DNA of 64,000 nt from an uncultured Acidobacteriota bacterium (GTDB taxonomy: Bacteria > Acidobacteriota > UBA6911). Positions 22,298 to 32,892 of this stretch are shown here, piece by piece. The notes under the pieces are model-generated. The model saw nothing but the letters and a program-made list of their open reading frames with translations. It ran no database searches and had not been told where the DNA came from. Location: NCBI GenBank assembly GCA_963827655.1, contig CAWHCF010000031.1, forward strand, positions 96,001 to 160,000, written 5' to 3'. The stretch's first letter is position 1. The number at the start of each line of letters is the position of its first letter. The position numbers and the translations under genes were made by a program.

Positions 22298-23458
22298 CTA
22301 TTTCTTATCCAGCGTGACGTTGTACTTCCGGCAAATCTCCAGGACACGCTGCAGCGGCAGGGCCTCTACCGTATGGCCCTCATGCCCTGACGCCGTTTTT
22401 GCCATGAAGAGCGAATTATAGACTGCTTCCTGGGTTGCTTCCTTGACCGCCTGAAAAAGGGGAGAGATGGCGTCATTATGCAAACTGGGAGAAGTGACTA
22501 TCGGCGGCTCGGGGGTCGCGGGAACGCGGGTTCCTGAGGCGGTCGAGAATGCAATGACGTAGTCGCCGCTGCTGTTGCCCAGCGAGGAGCCGGTTGCGCC
22601 CAAACCGAGCAGAGCCCGGGCGCCGAGCCGCTTCAGATTGCGGGCATCGAGCGGCGCGTCGGTGGCCACCACAATCATGCAGGAACCATCCGCCGAGTAG
22701 TTCAGACTATCTTTCAAATAGAACTTTCCCAGCTCTCGTCCCACCGGCGCTCCGTTGATTTCCAGAATGCCTCCATAGTTGGTTTGGACTAAGACCCCGA
22801 CCGTGTACCCCGACAGTGCAGGTGGCAGTCGGCGGGAGGATGTCCCGATTCCTCCTTTGAAACCAAAGCAGACCGTGCCCGTCCCGGCTCCGACCGATCC
22901 TTCCGCCACCGCGCCCCCTTTGGCTCCCCGGATAGCCTCGAGGACATGGTCCCGAGTCACATGCCGGCCGCGAATGTCATTAAGGTAGCCATCGTTGGTC
23001 TCGCCAACTACGACGTTGACCGAGCGAACTTTTTCGTTTCCCGGTCGCGAGAGCATGTATTCGATGGCGCCGGCGATTCCCTCGGCTACGTTGAGGGTAT
23101 TGGTCAGGACTATCGGGGCTTCTATGTTTCCCAACTCGTCCACCTGGGTGCTCCCTGCCAGCTTGCCAAAGCCGTTTCCCACGAATATTCCCGCCGGAAC
23201 CTTCTCGCGAAAGAGGTTTCCCGAATGAGGAATGATGGCAGTCACGCCGGTCCTGACAGAATCTCCCTGGTTGAGCGTGGTGTGGCCCACGGTCACGCCC
23301 GCAACATCGGTGATTGCGTTCAGAGGGCCCGGGCGGAGCACGCCCGGGGCAATTCCAAGCTCGCGCGCCCGTTTTTGCGCTGCAAGCTCTGGTGCGAATG
23401 CCAGGAGCGTAAGAAGGATCATACCAAGACCGGAGTTTCTGGAAGCAAGTACCACCAT
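22298..23458 (-). CDS. P1/S58 family (DmpA-like) aminopeptidase, exported
   Basis: NAITDVAGVTVGH, NGFGKLAGSTQV, GETNDG, EGSVGAGTG, GS cleavage site ADGSCMIVVATDAP; TAATG overlap with the upstream gene. Confidence 0.92.
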   Translation of the reverse strand: MVVLASRNSGLGMILLTLLAFAPELAAQKRARELGIAPGVLRPGPLNAITDVAGVTVGHTTLNQGDSVRTGVTAIIPHSGNLFREKVPAGIFVGNGFGKLAGSTQVDELGNIEAPIVLTNTLNVAEGIAGAIEYMLSRPGNEKVRSVNVVVGETNDGYLNDIRGRHVTRDHVLEAIRGAKGGAVAEGSVGAGTGTVCFGFKGGIGTSSRRLPPALSGYTVGVLVQTNYGGILEINGAPVGRELGKFYLKDSLNYSADGSCMIVVATDAPLDARNLKRLGARALLGLGATGSSLGNSSGDYVIAFSTASGTRVPATPEPPIVTSPSLHNDAISPLFQAVKEATQEAVYNSLFMAKTASGHEGHTVEALPLQRVLEICRKYNVTLDKK

Positions 23459-24603
23459 TACAAAACACCTGGCGTCTTTCTCTCCTGGCGCCGGATTTTG
23501 TATTTGTGCGCACCGCGCGAGAATTTTAGCCCGGAGCCTGTGAGAATCACCACAACTTTGCGGCCATCCAGAGATTCTTCGGCCGCCAGATCTTCCAGCG
23601 CCGTCAATCCCAAAGCGGACGTGGGTTCGACATAGATCCCCGAATTCCAGAGAGAAATCATCGCGGGCACAATCCTTCCTTCCCGCGCGGCATAGACTCG
23701 TCCGCGACACTCTTTGAGAGCGCGCGCCATTTCTTCGATACGGGGAGGTTTAGCGGTTGCGACGCCTTCGGCGAGCGTTGGTCTCGCAGGGCGCGCCCTC
23801 TTGCCGGCGACATGTCGTTCGAGAGGGTTGCAGTTTCGGGACTGGGAAGCCGCCAACCGTGGAATCCTGTCAATCAGGCCCTGCTCGCGCAGCGCCAGAA
23901 ACCCCGCATGAACCCCCAGCAGCAGGGTGCCGCTTCCGGCCGGAACGATGACCCAATCGGGAGCTTTCCAGCCGAGCTGCTCGACGATTTCGAAGGCGCA
24001 GGTCTTGGTCCCGTGCAGAAAATAAGGATTCCATACATGGCTGGCGTAGCAGGTCCGGCGCGTTGCGGCCCAGGCGGCGGTAGTCACGTCGCCACGCGTA
24101 CCCCGGATTTTCACTACCCGGGCGCCAAAGCGAGAGATCGCGCGAATCTTTTCCGGTGAGGCGTGAGCCGGCACGTAGATGTCGGCGCGCACCCTTGCGC
24201 GGGCGGCATAGCAGGCGAGCGCCGCCCCGGCGTTTCCGGATGAATCCTCAACTACGGTTCTGATCCCGCGAGCGCCCAGGAAAGTCATCAGCACGGAAGC
24301 GCCCCGATCCTTGAAGGACGCGGTCGGCATGATGTAGTCGAGTTTTGCCAGAAAGGGGATCTTGGCGTGTAGAGTCGGGACGAGAGGAGTCATCCCTTCG
24401 CCGAGCGAAATCCGCTCGTGCCAGTTGAGAAAAGGCAGAGCTTCCCGATAGCGCCACTGGTCGGCGGGTCGCGTCGCTATGCGCCGAGGCTCAAGTCGAG
24501 CTGGTTCGAGTTCCATGTGGAAGGGGCCTCCGCATGGGCAGCGCCAGAGCGCAGGATCCTCGGGATAGGATTTCAGGCACGATCCGCAGGTCCAGAGATG
24601 CAT
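23458..24603 (-). CDS. thrC: Threonine synthase-like PLP enzyme
   Basis: N-terminal CxxC..CxC knuckle, SLGEGMTP, PTASFKDRG, SSGNAG, VEPTSA, LTGSGLK. Confidence 0.85.
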   Translation of the reverse strand: MHLWTCGSCLKSYPEDPALWRCPCGGPFHMELEPARLEPRRIATRPADQWRYREALPFLNWHERISLGEGMTPLVPTLHAKIPFLAKLDYIMPTASFKDRGASVLMTFLGARGIRTVVEDSSGNAGAALACYAARARVRADIYVPAHASPEKIRAISRFGARVVKIRGTRGDVTTAAWAATRRTCYASHVWNPYFLHGTKTCAFEIVEQLGWKAPDWVIVPAGSGTLLLGVHAGFLALREQGLIDRIPRLAASQSRNCNPLERHVAGKRARPARPTLAEGVATAKPPRIEEMARALKECRGRVYAAREGRIVPAMISLWNSGIYVEPTSALGLTALEDLAAEESLDGRKVVVILTGSGLKFSRGAHKYKIRRQERKTPGVL

Positions 24604-24630
24604 GCTGAGTATTTTACACAGGCCATGTCT

Positions 24631-24785
24631 GATTGACGATTGACGATTGACGATTGACGAGGGATGCTTCAACCCTCTCCTGACGCCGTGACGTTCCCTC
24701 TCATCTTCGCTTTTTGGCGCAGGTTTGTCCGATCCGACTCCTCCTCTCGATCGGCACCCAATCGTCAATCGTCAATCGTCAATCG
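24631..24785. repeat. Inverted pair of heptamer tandem repeats (GATTGAC)4 ... (CAATCGT)n
   Basis: GATTGAC x4 at 24631-24658; reverse-complement array at 24759-24785. Confidence 0.9.
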
Positions 24786-24855
24786 AGATGATCCGGCGTC
24801 TTCGCGCCGTCGTGGTCAAAAGGCCACTTAGACGCGAAGACGCCAGGAGTGTTGA

Positions 24856-27800
24856 CTACGGGAAGATGGGCGTCGTACCGTCGATCGACCTGAGGAATTC
24901 GATCAGATCTGCACGTTGCGCGGGACTCAATACAAAGTGGTGCCGCACGCCGCCGAATGAGTCTTGCGACCCGTCAAGCACCTCTTCGAGCGTCTGGGCG
25001 AGACCGCTGTAGAAATATGGGGCGGTCTCATGGGCGCTCAGGAGAGACGGGATGTTGAAGCCGTTGGCGCCCAGCGGGGCGATCGCCTGGGAAATGTCAG
25101 CCCCGCTGAACCGGATCTCGTTGGTTCGTCCGCCGCCTAGAGTAAAGGTGCCTACGTTGATGAGAACGTTGGGCCCCTGGGTGAGAGTCTGGCGCAACTC
25201 GGCGCCGATGACCCGCTCGTTTCCGAGCCCGAGGCCGATCTCCGGGGAGGGTGGCTCGGTATAGTCGACCGTCGATCGCGTCCACTTGGGACCGCCGTGG
25301 CAGGAGGCGCAGCTGAAGCCGGGAACAACCAGGCCAACCTGTCCAAAAAGGGTCCGTCCATTCACGGCCGACGCGTTGCTGGCGGAAACCGGCGCGCGGG
25401 CCGAGCGCACTTTTTGCGCGATCCAAGCCGCGATCGCGTCCTGTCGCGCGTCGCGCCCCGTGCTCTGCACCGGCAGGAAGTTCGTCACTCCAGGAGGAGT
25501 CGTAACCTGAAGCCCGCGGCGGGCGACCGAGAGGTTGCCGCGCGTTGCCCAGACGCCGCTGGGCGTACCCTTCGGGCCGGGCACAGGGCCGTTGGCCCCT
25601 GTGGTCAGCTCGAGAATCGTCGACTGATCGGCTCCGCCGCCGTCGACGCCGCCCATGACGTAGATCTGGTTCGAAGTGAGAGTGCTCCCGATTCCGAATC
25701 GGGCGCGGGCCGCCGGAAGAGCCGTATGGGGCGTGTTAACGAAGGTAACGGCCTGCGCCTGGTACTCTTCTACGTTGGTGAGCGTTGCCCCGGTAGCGTC
25801 CTGGCCGCCGATGACAAACACCCTCGACGATACCACTCTCAGGATTGCGGCGGCGCCATGGTTTCGGCGCAGGGTCAATTCCGGAAGCGCGAACGGCGTC
25901 CAGGTGCCCGGCGCCGACCGGGTCGGCTTGAAAGCGCTGGACCGGGTTGGGATTGGCCACCGAAGGGCTGCCTTCGGAACCGGTGTTGCCCGAAACCACA
26001 TGGATGAGCTGCCGAGGCTCCGCCGTATTGACTCCGCCGGCCACGGCAATTCCGTACTGAGCCACGGCAGTGGGCAGCGAGGCGACCGTCCGCCAGGTGC
26101 CGGTGTTCGGATTGTACTCCTCGACCGTGTTCACCGGCGCCGCGGAGCTGGATGTGCTGTCATACCCGCCGATGGCGTAGATCCGCGTACCGCCGGCGGT
26201 CTTCACCGCCGCCGCCCCGAGCGAGTGGCGCCGGGTGAAGCCGATCGAACTGCGCGGCACGAGCTCATTGGTGCGGGGATTGAATTCCAGAACTGCAAAC
26301 TCGTCCCCGACGACCGAACCCTGGCCCGGCCCGATCCGGCCGCCGATGATCAAGACCCGTGCGTCGTCGAGCGTCGCGACCGCGAAATCGCGGCGGGTCC
26401 TCAGGTTAGCGAAATCGAGCTGCGGCAGCTGGACGCCGCCGAAGAGATCGTTGGTAGTGCTGACTGCGCCGGTGAGCTGTTGGAATTGCTCGATGAGCGT
26501 CTGCTCAATCGGCGCCGCGTTGCTCGCGCCGCCGATCGCCAGGAACAGGCGGTCGTCATCGATCAGGCCCCGCCCCCCGAAGACGCCGCGGGTGTTCAGC
26601 TCGAAGTCCTGGTTCGAGTCGCGAACCGCGGTCCAGTTGAGAACGCGCTGATCGTGAAAGTTGGCCTTGTTGAACATTCCGTCGAGCGGAATCGTCTGGC
26701 GCGGTCCCGCGTCGAACATCCAGGTCACGTTGTCGGAACGTCCGTTCGGGTGACAGACGACGCACCCGCCCCATGATTCAGCCGACATCCGGCCCTGTGG
26801 TCCGCGCCCCGTGTGAAACAGCGCGGCGCCGAGTTGGACCGTGGCGTCGACCGGGATCTCCGACACGGCACGCGTCGCAACCACTGTGGGTGCGGTGGGA
26901 TTTGTGATGTCGATGGCCGAAACGGTCCGGCTGGTGAAGTTGTAGACGAAGGCCCTGCTGCCGCTGCCGTCGATCACAATGCCCTTGGGTGCCATCCCCA
27001 CGACCTCGCCCGGGTCCAGGTTCTCCTGCAGGTCGAGCCTCACAATTTGACCGGGTCCAGCCGCCAGGGGCGCGCCAATGGTCGGAATTCCATTGGGGTT
27101 GACGGTAAGGCGGACGACAACGTCCGAATTCTGGATGACCACCCAGGCATCCGATCCGTCCGGCCGCCATGCCATGGCGACTGGATTCGAGAAGAAAAGC
27201 CTCGGTTCCAGTGCGGTGTCGAGGTTGACGCCCCGGTTAAGGTTAAGCGGAGCCTGCCGGCGGACATCTGCGCCGGTCTGGGGGGCCGTGACCTCGAGTC
27301 GCGTCTCGGTGTCAAAGACCGAGACCAGCCCCTGGCTGTTGGAGTTGAACCGAAACGGTCCGTTCGGCGAAGCTCCCGTGCTCACGACGTATGCCCTTGC
27401 GAGCGTCGGGTGAATGGCGACGGCGGCCAGCTGATTGGGGAATGCGTCGGTCCGGCTCAGAAAGGTCTGGGGATTGAACGATTCCTCATTGGGGACCTGA
27501 TTGGGCCCGGGCGACAGGCGGCCGTTCGAATTGAAGCCCGTGTCGATCAAGGGCTGCAGGAGGATCGGGTTCGGCGCCAGAACACTATTGCTCGCCGCCG
27601 AGATTGCTACCACGCGACCCTCGCGCTGATCGTCCTGGCTTTCTTCAACTTCGGTCTTTCCGGCCCGCAGCCCGGCATAAAAGAGCGGGACAAAGATGGT
27701 CTCGTCGGAGTCTTCGTTGTCGCCATCGTTGGTAACTCCGATGGCTCGGGGAGCGGTTCCAAACGGGCTCAAATCCACTGTGGCGATAGTCGCGTCGTTG

Positions 27801-28393
27801 TTCGGGTTTATCACCATCAGATTATTGGATGACGAATTTGCCACGTAGAGCCGCGACCCATTGGGCGAAAAGGCAACCGCCGAGGGCTCGGCTCCCACGT
27901 TGAGCGTCCTGAGAACCTGCCTTGCCGGTAGATCGATGACCGAGAGGGTGCCGTCCTGCGAATTGGCCACGTACGCTACGGGTCTGCTGGGATGAATCGC
28001 GACGCTGACCGGGTCGTTTCCGACCGAGACTTCACCGATTCGATTCGGTCCGCCTGAAAGGAAGATCGTGACCGTGTTTACATCAGGGTTGACATTGACG
28101 AGGAAAACATCATCTCCGCTCAGAGCTATGGGGCTCGACTGAGAGGGCCTTGGAGGACCGGTGTAGAAGCCCTGAAAGTTGGGATGGAATGCGCCGCCAG
28201 TTATCCAGCTGGCAAAGATCAGAACCGGCGCCAGTAAGAGCACTCGGACCGACGCGCGGGCGCCTCGGAGCCCGCCAGCCAGGTTATTCCAGATTGATGT
28301 TGTGTTGGAAATCAAGCTGCTCAACCGCTGCGGCCCCTCGGGGGTGCCGCCCTCGACTATTGTCTTTCTTCGTAGAAAGTTTGAGAAGATCAT
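24856..28393 (-). CDS. Large exported YVTN/YncE beta-propeller + di-heme c (CcP/MauG-like) protein with an inserted Kelch-repeat domain; +1 frameshift at ~25908
   Basis: AYVANS/LYVANS propeller repeats; CVVCH and CASCH heme motifs; Kelch GG...VEEY...W repeats between them; C-terminal FNIPSL..APYF..G..TLEEV..LIEFLRSI; the frames join as DPVGAG/TWTPF. Confidence 0.8.
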
Positions 28394-29123
28394 CAGTTTG
28401 CCTCTCGAACCAGACGACGCCTGGAGCAGGAACTGCTGAAGCCCGATCAGACCAAAAGGCCGTCTCTAGACTGAACGATGCATGGACGACAGCTGAGCCT
28501 CCGGCCAGACGATGCTGGTTCCGATTTTTTTGTTTTTCCCTTGGTTTTTGATGGGGGTGGTGTGTTGGTTTGTTTTTTTCCAGGTAGGCGCGGTGACCCT
28601 TCGGTCCCACCTTATTTCGGAAGCCGGCCGCCAGCGCGGCCAGGCCAGAATAGGAGACGTGCGTGAGTTGATTTTGATACCACCAGGGGATTTCGGCAAT
28701 CGAAGACACAAACGTCCGGCGGCAACGGCTGGTTTCGACTGGTCGGAGACGTTGGGCACCGTAAGGTGGCCGCCGCTCAGCCTCTTCAATGGTTTGGCGG
28801 CGGACAGATTCAGCCCAAGCGTCATGGTTTGCTCCAGTCAACCGTACATTTGCCGGATCAACGAGGAGGCTGCAACGATACCGCCCCGCGTCCGCTCTCG
28901 CCGTGTCGTTTGCTCACTCCTGGCTCGGCTGGCAAACGCCCAGCTTTCGAGGGAAACAGTACAGGACGCCGAATCAACAAGTCATAACGAAAAGGTGAGA
29001 TTTCGGTAAGAATTCGGTCAGATGCGGTGGTTGATGGTGCGGAGTAGAATCCCTGTCACAAGGACGCGAAGTCCTGACGCTGCCGTCGGGCGCTTTGTAT
29101 GATTGACAGTTTCGGCCCGGGGG

Positions 29124-29990
29124 CTATACCCAGGTGATCTTGAAACCTCCGATCCCTGTGGCCACGCGGATGGAAACGCGAAATTTGGCTTTGTCGTAAT
29201 TCTCGCTGTAGTAATGAGAATCCCGCTTGACGAAGCGTTCGAGGTGGAGCCCGCTCAGGAAGTGTTTCTCGGCGTCAACCTTGACACCCAGGTCGCGAGG
29301 CACGCGCAAGTTGACGCCCCCGACTCCGACCTGGATCTTGATCTGAGCGTCCTGCTTCCAATCACCGGTGAAATCGAGACTCGCCCCCCCTACGCCCCCC
29401 TCGAAATCCAGCTCGCGAAAATTGAGATTCCCTAGACCCACTGCATCTATGCTGCCAACTCCGTTCCGGATGCGAATGGTCTGACACTCGATCGGGTTTG
29501 GATCGTAAGAGGAGAGCTTCGATCCGCCTACCCCGGATTCCATCTCCAGGCGAGCCACTTTCAAACGTGAGAGAGACAGGCGGGCATCACCCACGCCGGT
29601 GTTCACACTCAGGTTCAACGGCAAGGCATCCGTGAAGCCAAGACGCATTCTGTTGGTTTTTCTTTCCGACCTGAGCCCGACTTTATTCGAGCTCTCCAGC
29701 TTGATGGACAGGCGTCCCTCATCCCCTGCTCCTTCAATCTCATATTCCACGGCTGGCTCGTAATGGGCCTTGTCGTATTCCAGATCCATCGAGTAAAGAG
29801 CGGGGGTTCTTTCACCCGACACTTCGAGCGATCCGATGCCGAAATGGATATTTGCATCCAACGATTTTTCTTTTCCCATCGGTTGGGTTTTGTTGAGGGA
29901 AACCATTTCGGCGGGTCCCCTCTCTTCGAAGTTGCAGGCCAGTGGAGAGAGGGCCATCAGGAGACCCGACGCCCAGAAGACCCTTTTCAT
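29124..29990 (-). CDS. Toast-rack / LiaF-LiaG-related beta-repeat putative lipoprotein
   Basis: Lipobox-like PLAC; repeated GVG-x beta-strand units; RBS AAGGAG. Confidence 0.75.
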   Translation of the reverse strand: MKRVFWASGLLMALSPLACNFEERGPAEMVSLNKTQPMGKEKSLDANIHFGIGSLEVSGERTPALYSMDLEYDKAHYEPAVEYEIEGAGDEGRLSIKLESSNKVGLRSERKTNRMRLGFTDALPLNLSVNTGVGDARLSLSRLKVARLEMESGVGGSKLSSYDPNPIECQTIRIRNGVGSIDAVGLGNLNFRELDFEGGVGGASLDFTGDWKQDAQIKIQVGVGGVNLRVPRDLGVKVDAEKHFLSGLHLERFVKRDSHYYSENYDKAKFRVSIRVATGIGGFKITWV

Positions 29991-30059
29991 GAGATTGCTC
30001 CTTGCGTATCGTCGCAATTACTTTCAGTCACCAGGAAGGCGCAGGACGCTGGATGACCA

Positions 30060-31727
30060 TCAATTCGATGTCCTCCTGACATCACGGCGGCGGCGGTCTG
30101 AATCACGCCGGCGCTCGGATGATTCCGCACCCTGCACTCGCACCCGGATGTTGCTGTATTCGGTTTCCAGTTGGATTTTCGTCCCGCCGTCCTTCACTTT
30201 GCCTTTGAGCATTCCTATATCGCCGGCGCGCTCGGCCGGGGCCAGATCGGGAAAATCTGATTCTGCGCGCCCGTTTTTCGCAGCGGCTTCGATCTGAAAC
30301 GCCGCCTCGTCCGGGAGAAAGAGCTCGATGTCTCCGTTCTTATTCTTGACAATTATGTCTCCCTTTCCCAGGTCATGGGTCGACAGCGTGACGTCGGCAT
30401 ACTCGTTCGCGATCCTGCATCCGTTGCCAAAATCATTGACGATGACCTCCTTGAGGGTCGTTCCAACATCGAGCATGCCGCGCACGTTATTGGCCCGAAC
30501 CGAGCTGCCCTGACCCTGCACCTTGAAAGATCCGCCAATCTCGTCGGCTGTAATGCGGTCCGAGTTGGATGCGAGATCAACGTTCCCCTTCACGTTTTTC
30601 AGGGTGAGCGTGGAGTACCGGCTTTCCGCGAAGACGTGCGAGGCGACATCGGAGATCCGCACGCGCTGGTGGCTGGCCGTAACTTTCAGGGTGTCGGCCA
30701 GATCGTGAACGGTAATCTGGCTACCCCTCCCTTCCACTACGACCGGTTTTGAAATCTTTTCGAGGCTGATGCTACTCTCCGAGTTGGATACCGTGACCTT
30801 GCCGTCGACGTCGCGAACCTCCACCGGCGCGTATTCGTTGCGAACGTTGACGTCCCCTTTGACTGTCTCGATGTACACTCGCCCCCGAGCATCCACGGTC
30901 GCGTTTCCGGTGAGATTGACCAGACGCGATTCATCGTAGCGATTGGATATTACGAAATCGCCGGTGCAGTCCCTTACCTCCAGGGGTTTGTGACTGGTGT
31001 TGATGTCAAGCTTCCCGGCCAGATTCGAGACACGTACCTCGCCCAGCGAGTTCCTGATCTGCAAGTGTGCCTTCTTGGGAACGAACACTTCCATTTCGGT
31101 GTTGAAGCGATAAGCTCTGGATGCCAGGCTATCTCGGTTGGACTTGACCACAAAAGTTGCCGCCTCAGCTTTGCCCTCCGCTCCTCCCTCCAACTTGATT
31201 TCGTCGGCGATTTGTCTGGCCTGCGACTCATCGTCGTTGTATACGACCTTCTTGAGGCGAACGCGGATCTCCCTGTCACTTCCAGGAGTAACGGTTACCA
31301 GTCCATAGGAGTTCTCGATGCGAATCGGTACGGTAGCGTCGACTGGATAGGCCGCTTCCTGGCTGAAGCTGTGGGAAGTCCCCATCCAATCGCCCGGGCG
31401 GACCCTGCCGCCCCCGAAATCAATAGCAGGCCCTTCACGGAAGAGGGCGCGAATCGGCCCGCCGGAGAGCTTGGCAAAGAAGGCTCCCGCGATAAGAAGG
31501 AAGATCAATCCAAAAACCTCACCGGCGCGAAGCGCGACGCCCTCCTTCTGTCGGAAGTAATCGATGACCTTGCCGAGTCCGAGAAGAATGAGGAGAATCG
31601 GCCAGTACCGGCCTGCCATGGACCAGAAATCCGGCCCGATCCCAAAGTTGCGCAGCAGGAGAATCAGTCCCAGGCCAGTCCAGACCAAGCCCCCCATGAG
31701 GGATGGACGTCGTTTTCCCAATGGCAT
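30060..31727 (-). CDS. DUF5668 (LiaI/LiaF-like TM) + DUF4097 beta-strand repeat protein
   Basis: GLILLL.N...YWPILLILLG TM motif followed by long beta-solenoid repeats; RBS AAGGAG. Confidence 0.85.
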   Translation of the reverse strand: MPLGKRRPSLMGGLVWTGLGLILLLRNFGIGPDFWSMAGRYWPILLILLGLGKVIDYFRQKEGVALRAGEVFGLIFLLIAGAFFAKLSGGPIRALFREGPAIDFGGGRVRPGDWMGTSHSFSQEAAYPVDATVPIRIENSYGLVTVTPGSDREIRVRLKKVVYNDDESQARQIADEIKLEGGAEGKAEAATFVVKSNRDSLASRAYRFNTEMEVFVPKKAHLQIRNSLGEVRVSNLAGKLDINTSHKPLEVRDCTGDFVISNRYDESRLVNLTGNATVDARGRVYIETVKGDVNVRNEYAPVEVRDVDGKVTVSNSESSISLEKISKPVVVEGRGSQITVHDLADTLKVTASHQRVRISDVASHVFAESRYSTLTLKNVKGNVDLASNSDRITADEIGGSFKVQGQGSSVRANNVRGMLDVGTTLKEVIVNDFGNGCRIANEYADVTLSTHDLGKGDIIVKNKNGDIELFLPDEAAFQIEAAAKNGRAESDFPDLAPAERAGDIGMLKGKVKDGGTKIQLETEYSNIRVRVQGAESSERRRDSDRRRRDVRRTSN

Positions 31728-31732
31728 GTTTT

Positions 31733-31966
31733 TCACTCCTTGCTCTCGGAAACCGGCACCGGTGGGACCTGCACAAGAGGCGGCTCCTGCCAGGTGAAAT
31801 AGCCGTACAGCTTATTGAGACCAATCAATATAAGAATGACAGGCCAGTACTTCGCCAGCAGGCTCCAGAATGAAAAGGGACGCCAGTTTTCCAACAGAAA
31901 GCCCATTCCAATCAAGATCAGAATCAAGCCAGCGGCCAAAGGGCCTTTTCGAGTTCTCAACGCCAT
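31733..31966 (-). CDS. Small DUF5668/LiaI-LiaF-like membrane protein
   Basis: GLILILIGMGFLLEN...YWPVILILIG. Confidence 0.8.
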   Translation of the reverse strand: MALRTRKGPLAAGLILILIGMGFLLENWRPFSFWSLLAKYWPVILILIGLNKLYGYFTWQEPPLVQVPPVPVSESKE

Positions 31967-32030
31967 CGCAACTCACCCTCCCATCGTGTCTTCCGGGTTT
32001 TTAGCTGTGCCGCCAAGACACGAGGAATCA

Positions 32031-32666
32031 TCAGAATTCCTTCCTCTCACTGAACATATTGCTCGTCTTGATTTCCACGTCGTCCCGGTCCTTTACCGCG
32101 CGCCATACGAGATAGCCCCCGAGCAGAATAAAAACAAGAGGCCAGAGATGGTGCAAGAAGCGATAGGGAATCATGTTCTGGAGGAGAAAGAGAATACCCA
32201 GGGCGATGAGGAACATGCCCCAACCGATGACTGACTTGTCTCTCGCCGGTTGAATCGCTTGTCTGCCCGGTTCGATCTGGATCCGTGTTCTTATTTCAGC
32301 AGTACGATACGAATCGAACATAGTGAAGATAAGGAAGGTGAAAGCACCAAATCCGAACACACCGTGAACGTCGTCGCCCAGGATGACCAGGGAAGCAAAA
32401 ACCGCAAAAAAGGTTATCGCTTTCAGGTACTCGCCGTTGTAGACGGCTCCCATGCCGGGAACGATAGAACAGAGGGCAGCGCGCTTGGGCGAGTCCGCCG
32501 GGACACGAAGGTCTTTGACGGCAGCGGCCCACTCAGCTCCCCGGATCAAGCAATCCTGGCAGTAAGTCTTTGACTTGATTTGATGGGAGCACTCAGGGCA
32601 GAGAGGCTTGTTACAGGTGGTGCAGAAACTCTGCGATTCCACGGTGGGATGGTACGAGCATTTCAT
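32031..32666 (-). CDS. B-box zinc finger + DUF5668 membrane protein
   Basis: CxxH...CxxC...CxxC...CxxC; PGMGAVYNG; LWPLVFILLG. Confidence 0.85.
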   Translation of the reverse strand: MKCSYHPTVESQSFCTTCNKPLCPECSHQIKSKTYCQDCLIRGAEWAAAVKDLRVPADSPKRAALCSIVPGMGAVYNGEYLKAITFFAVFASLVILGDDVHGVFGFGAFTFLIFTMFDSYRTAEIRTRIQIEPGRQAIQPARDKSVIGWGMFLIALGILFLLQNMIPYRFLHHLWPLVFILLGGYLVWRAVKDRDDVEIKTSNMFSERKEF

Positions 32667-32892
32667 GCATGTTCTCCTTAGGCGTTACAAGAATTCTGCT
32701 CCGTTCCCGGAGTCCAATTCTCTCGGACGGCTTCTCTAGGTCCTATCGATTTATGGCCCGGGCTTACGTCCGGCCAAACCTGACGCTCGCCACAACCCAG
32801 CTGCAAGCTTTCAAATCGTGTTGTCGCCCGAGCTTTACGGACAGCTTGCCCTTTACCTGACAGAGTGACCGAGTTTTTCAATCCGCGTCCTT

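Noticed and set aside
28870-28915. c-di-GMP-I riboswitch-like words on the minus strand (GCAAAC...GGACGC)
   Set aside because: No GNRA-capped stem and no matching second hairpin or closing pairing
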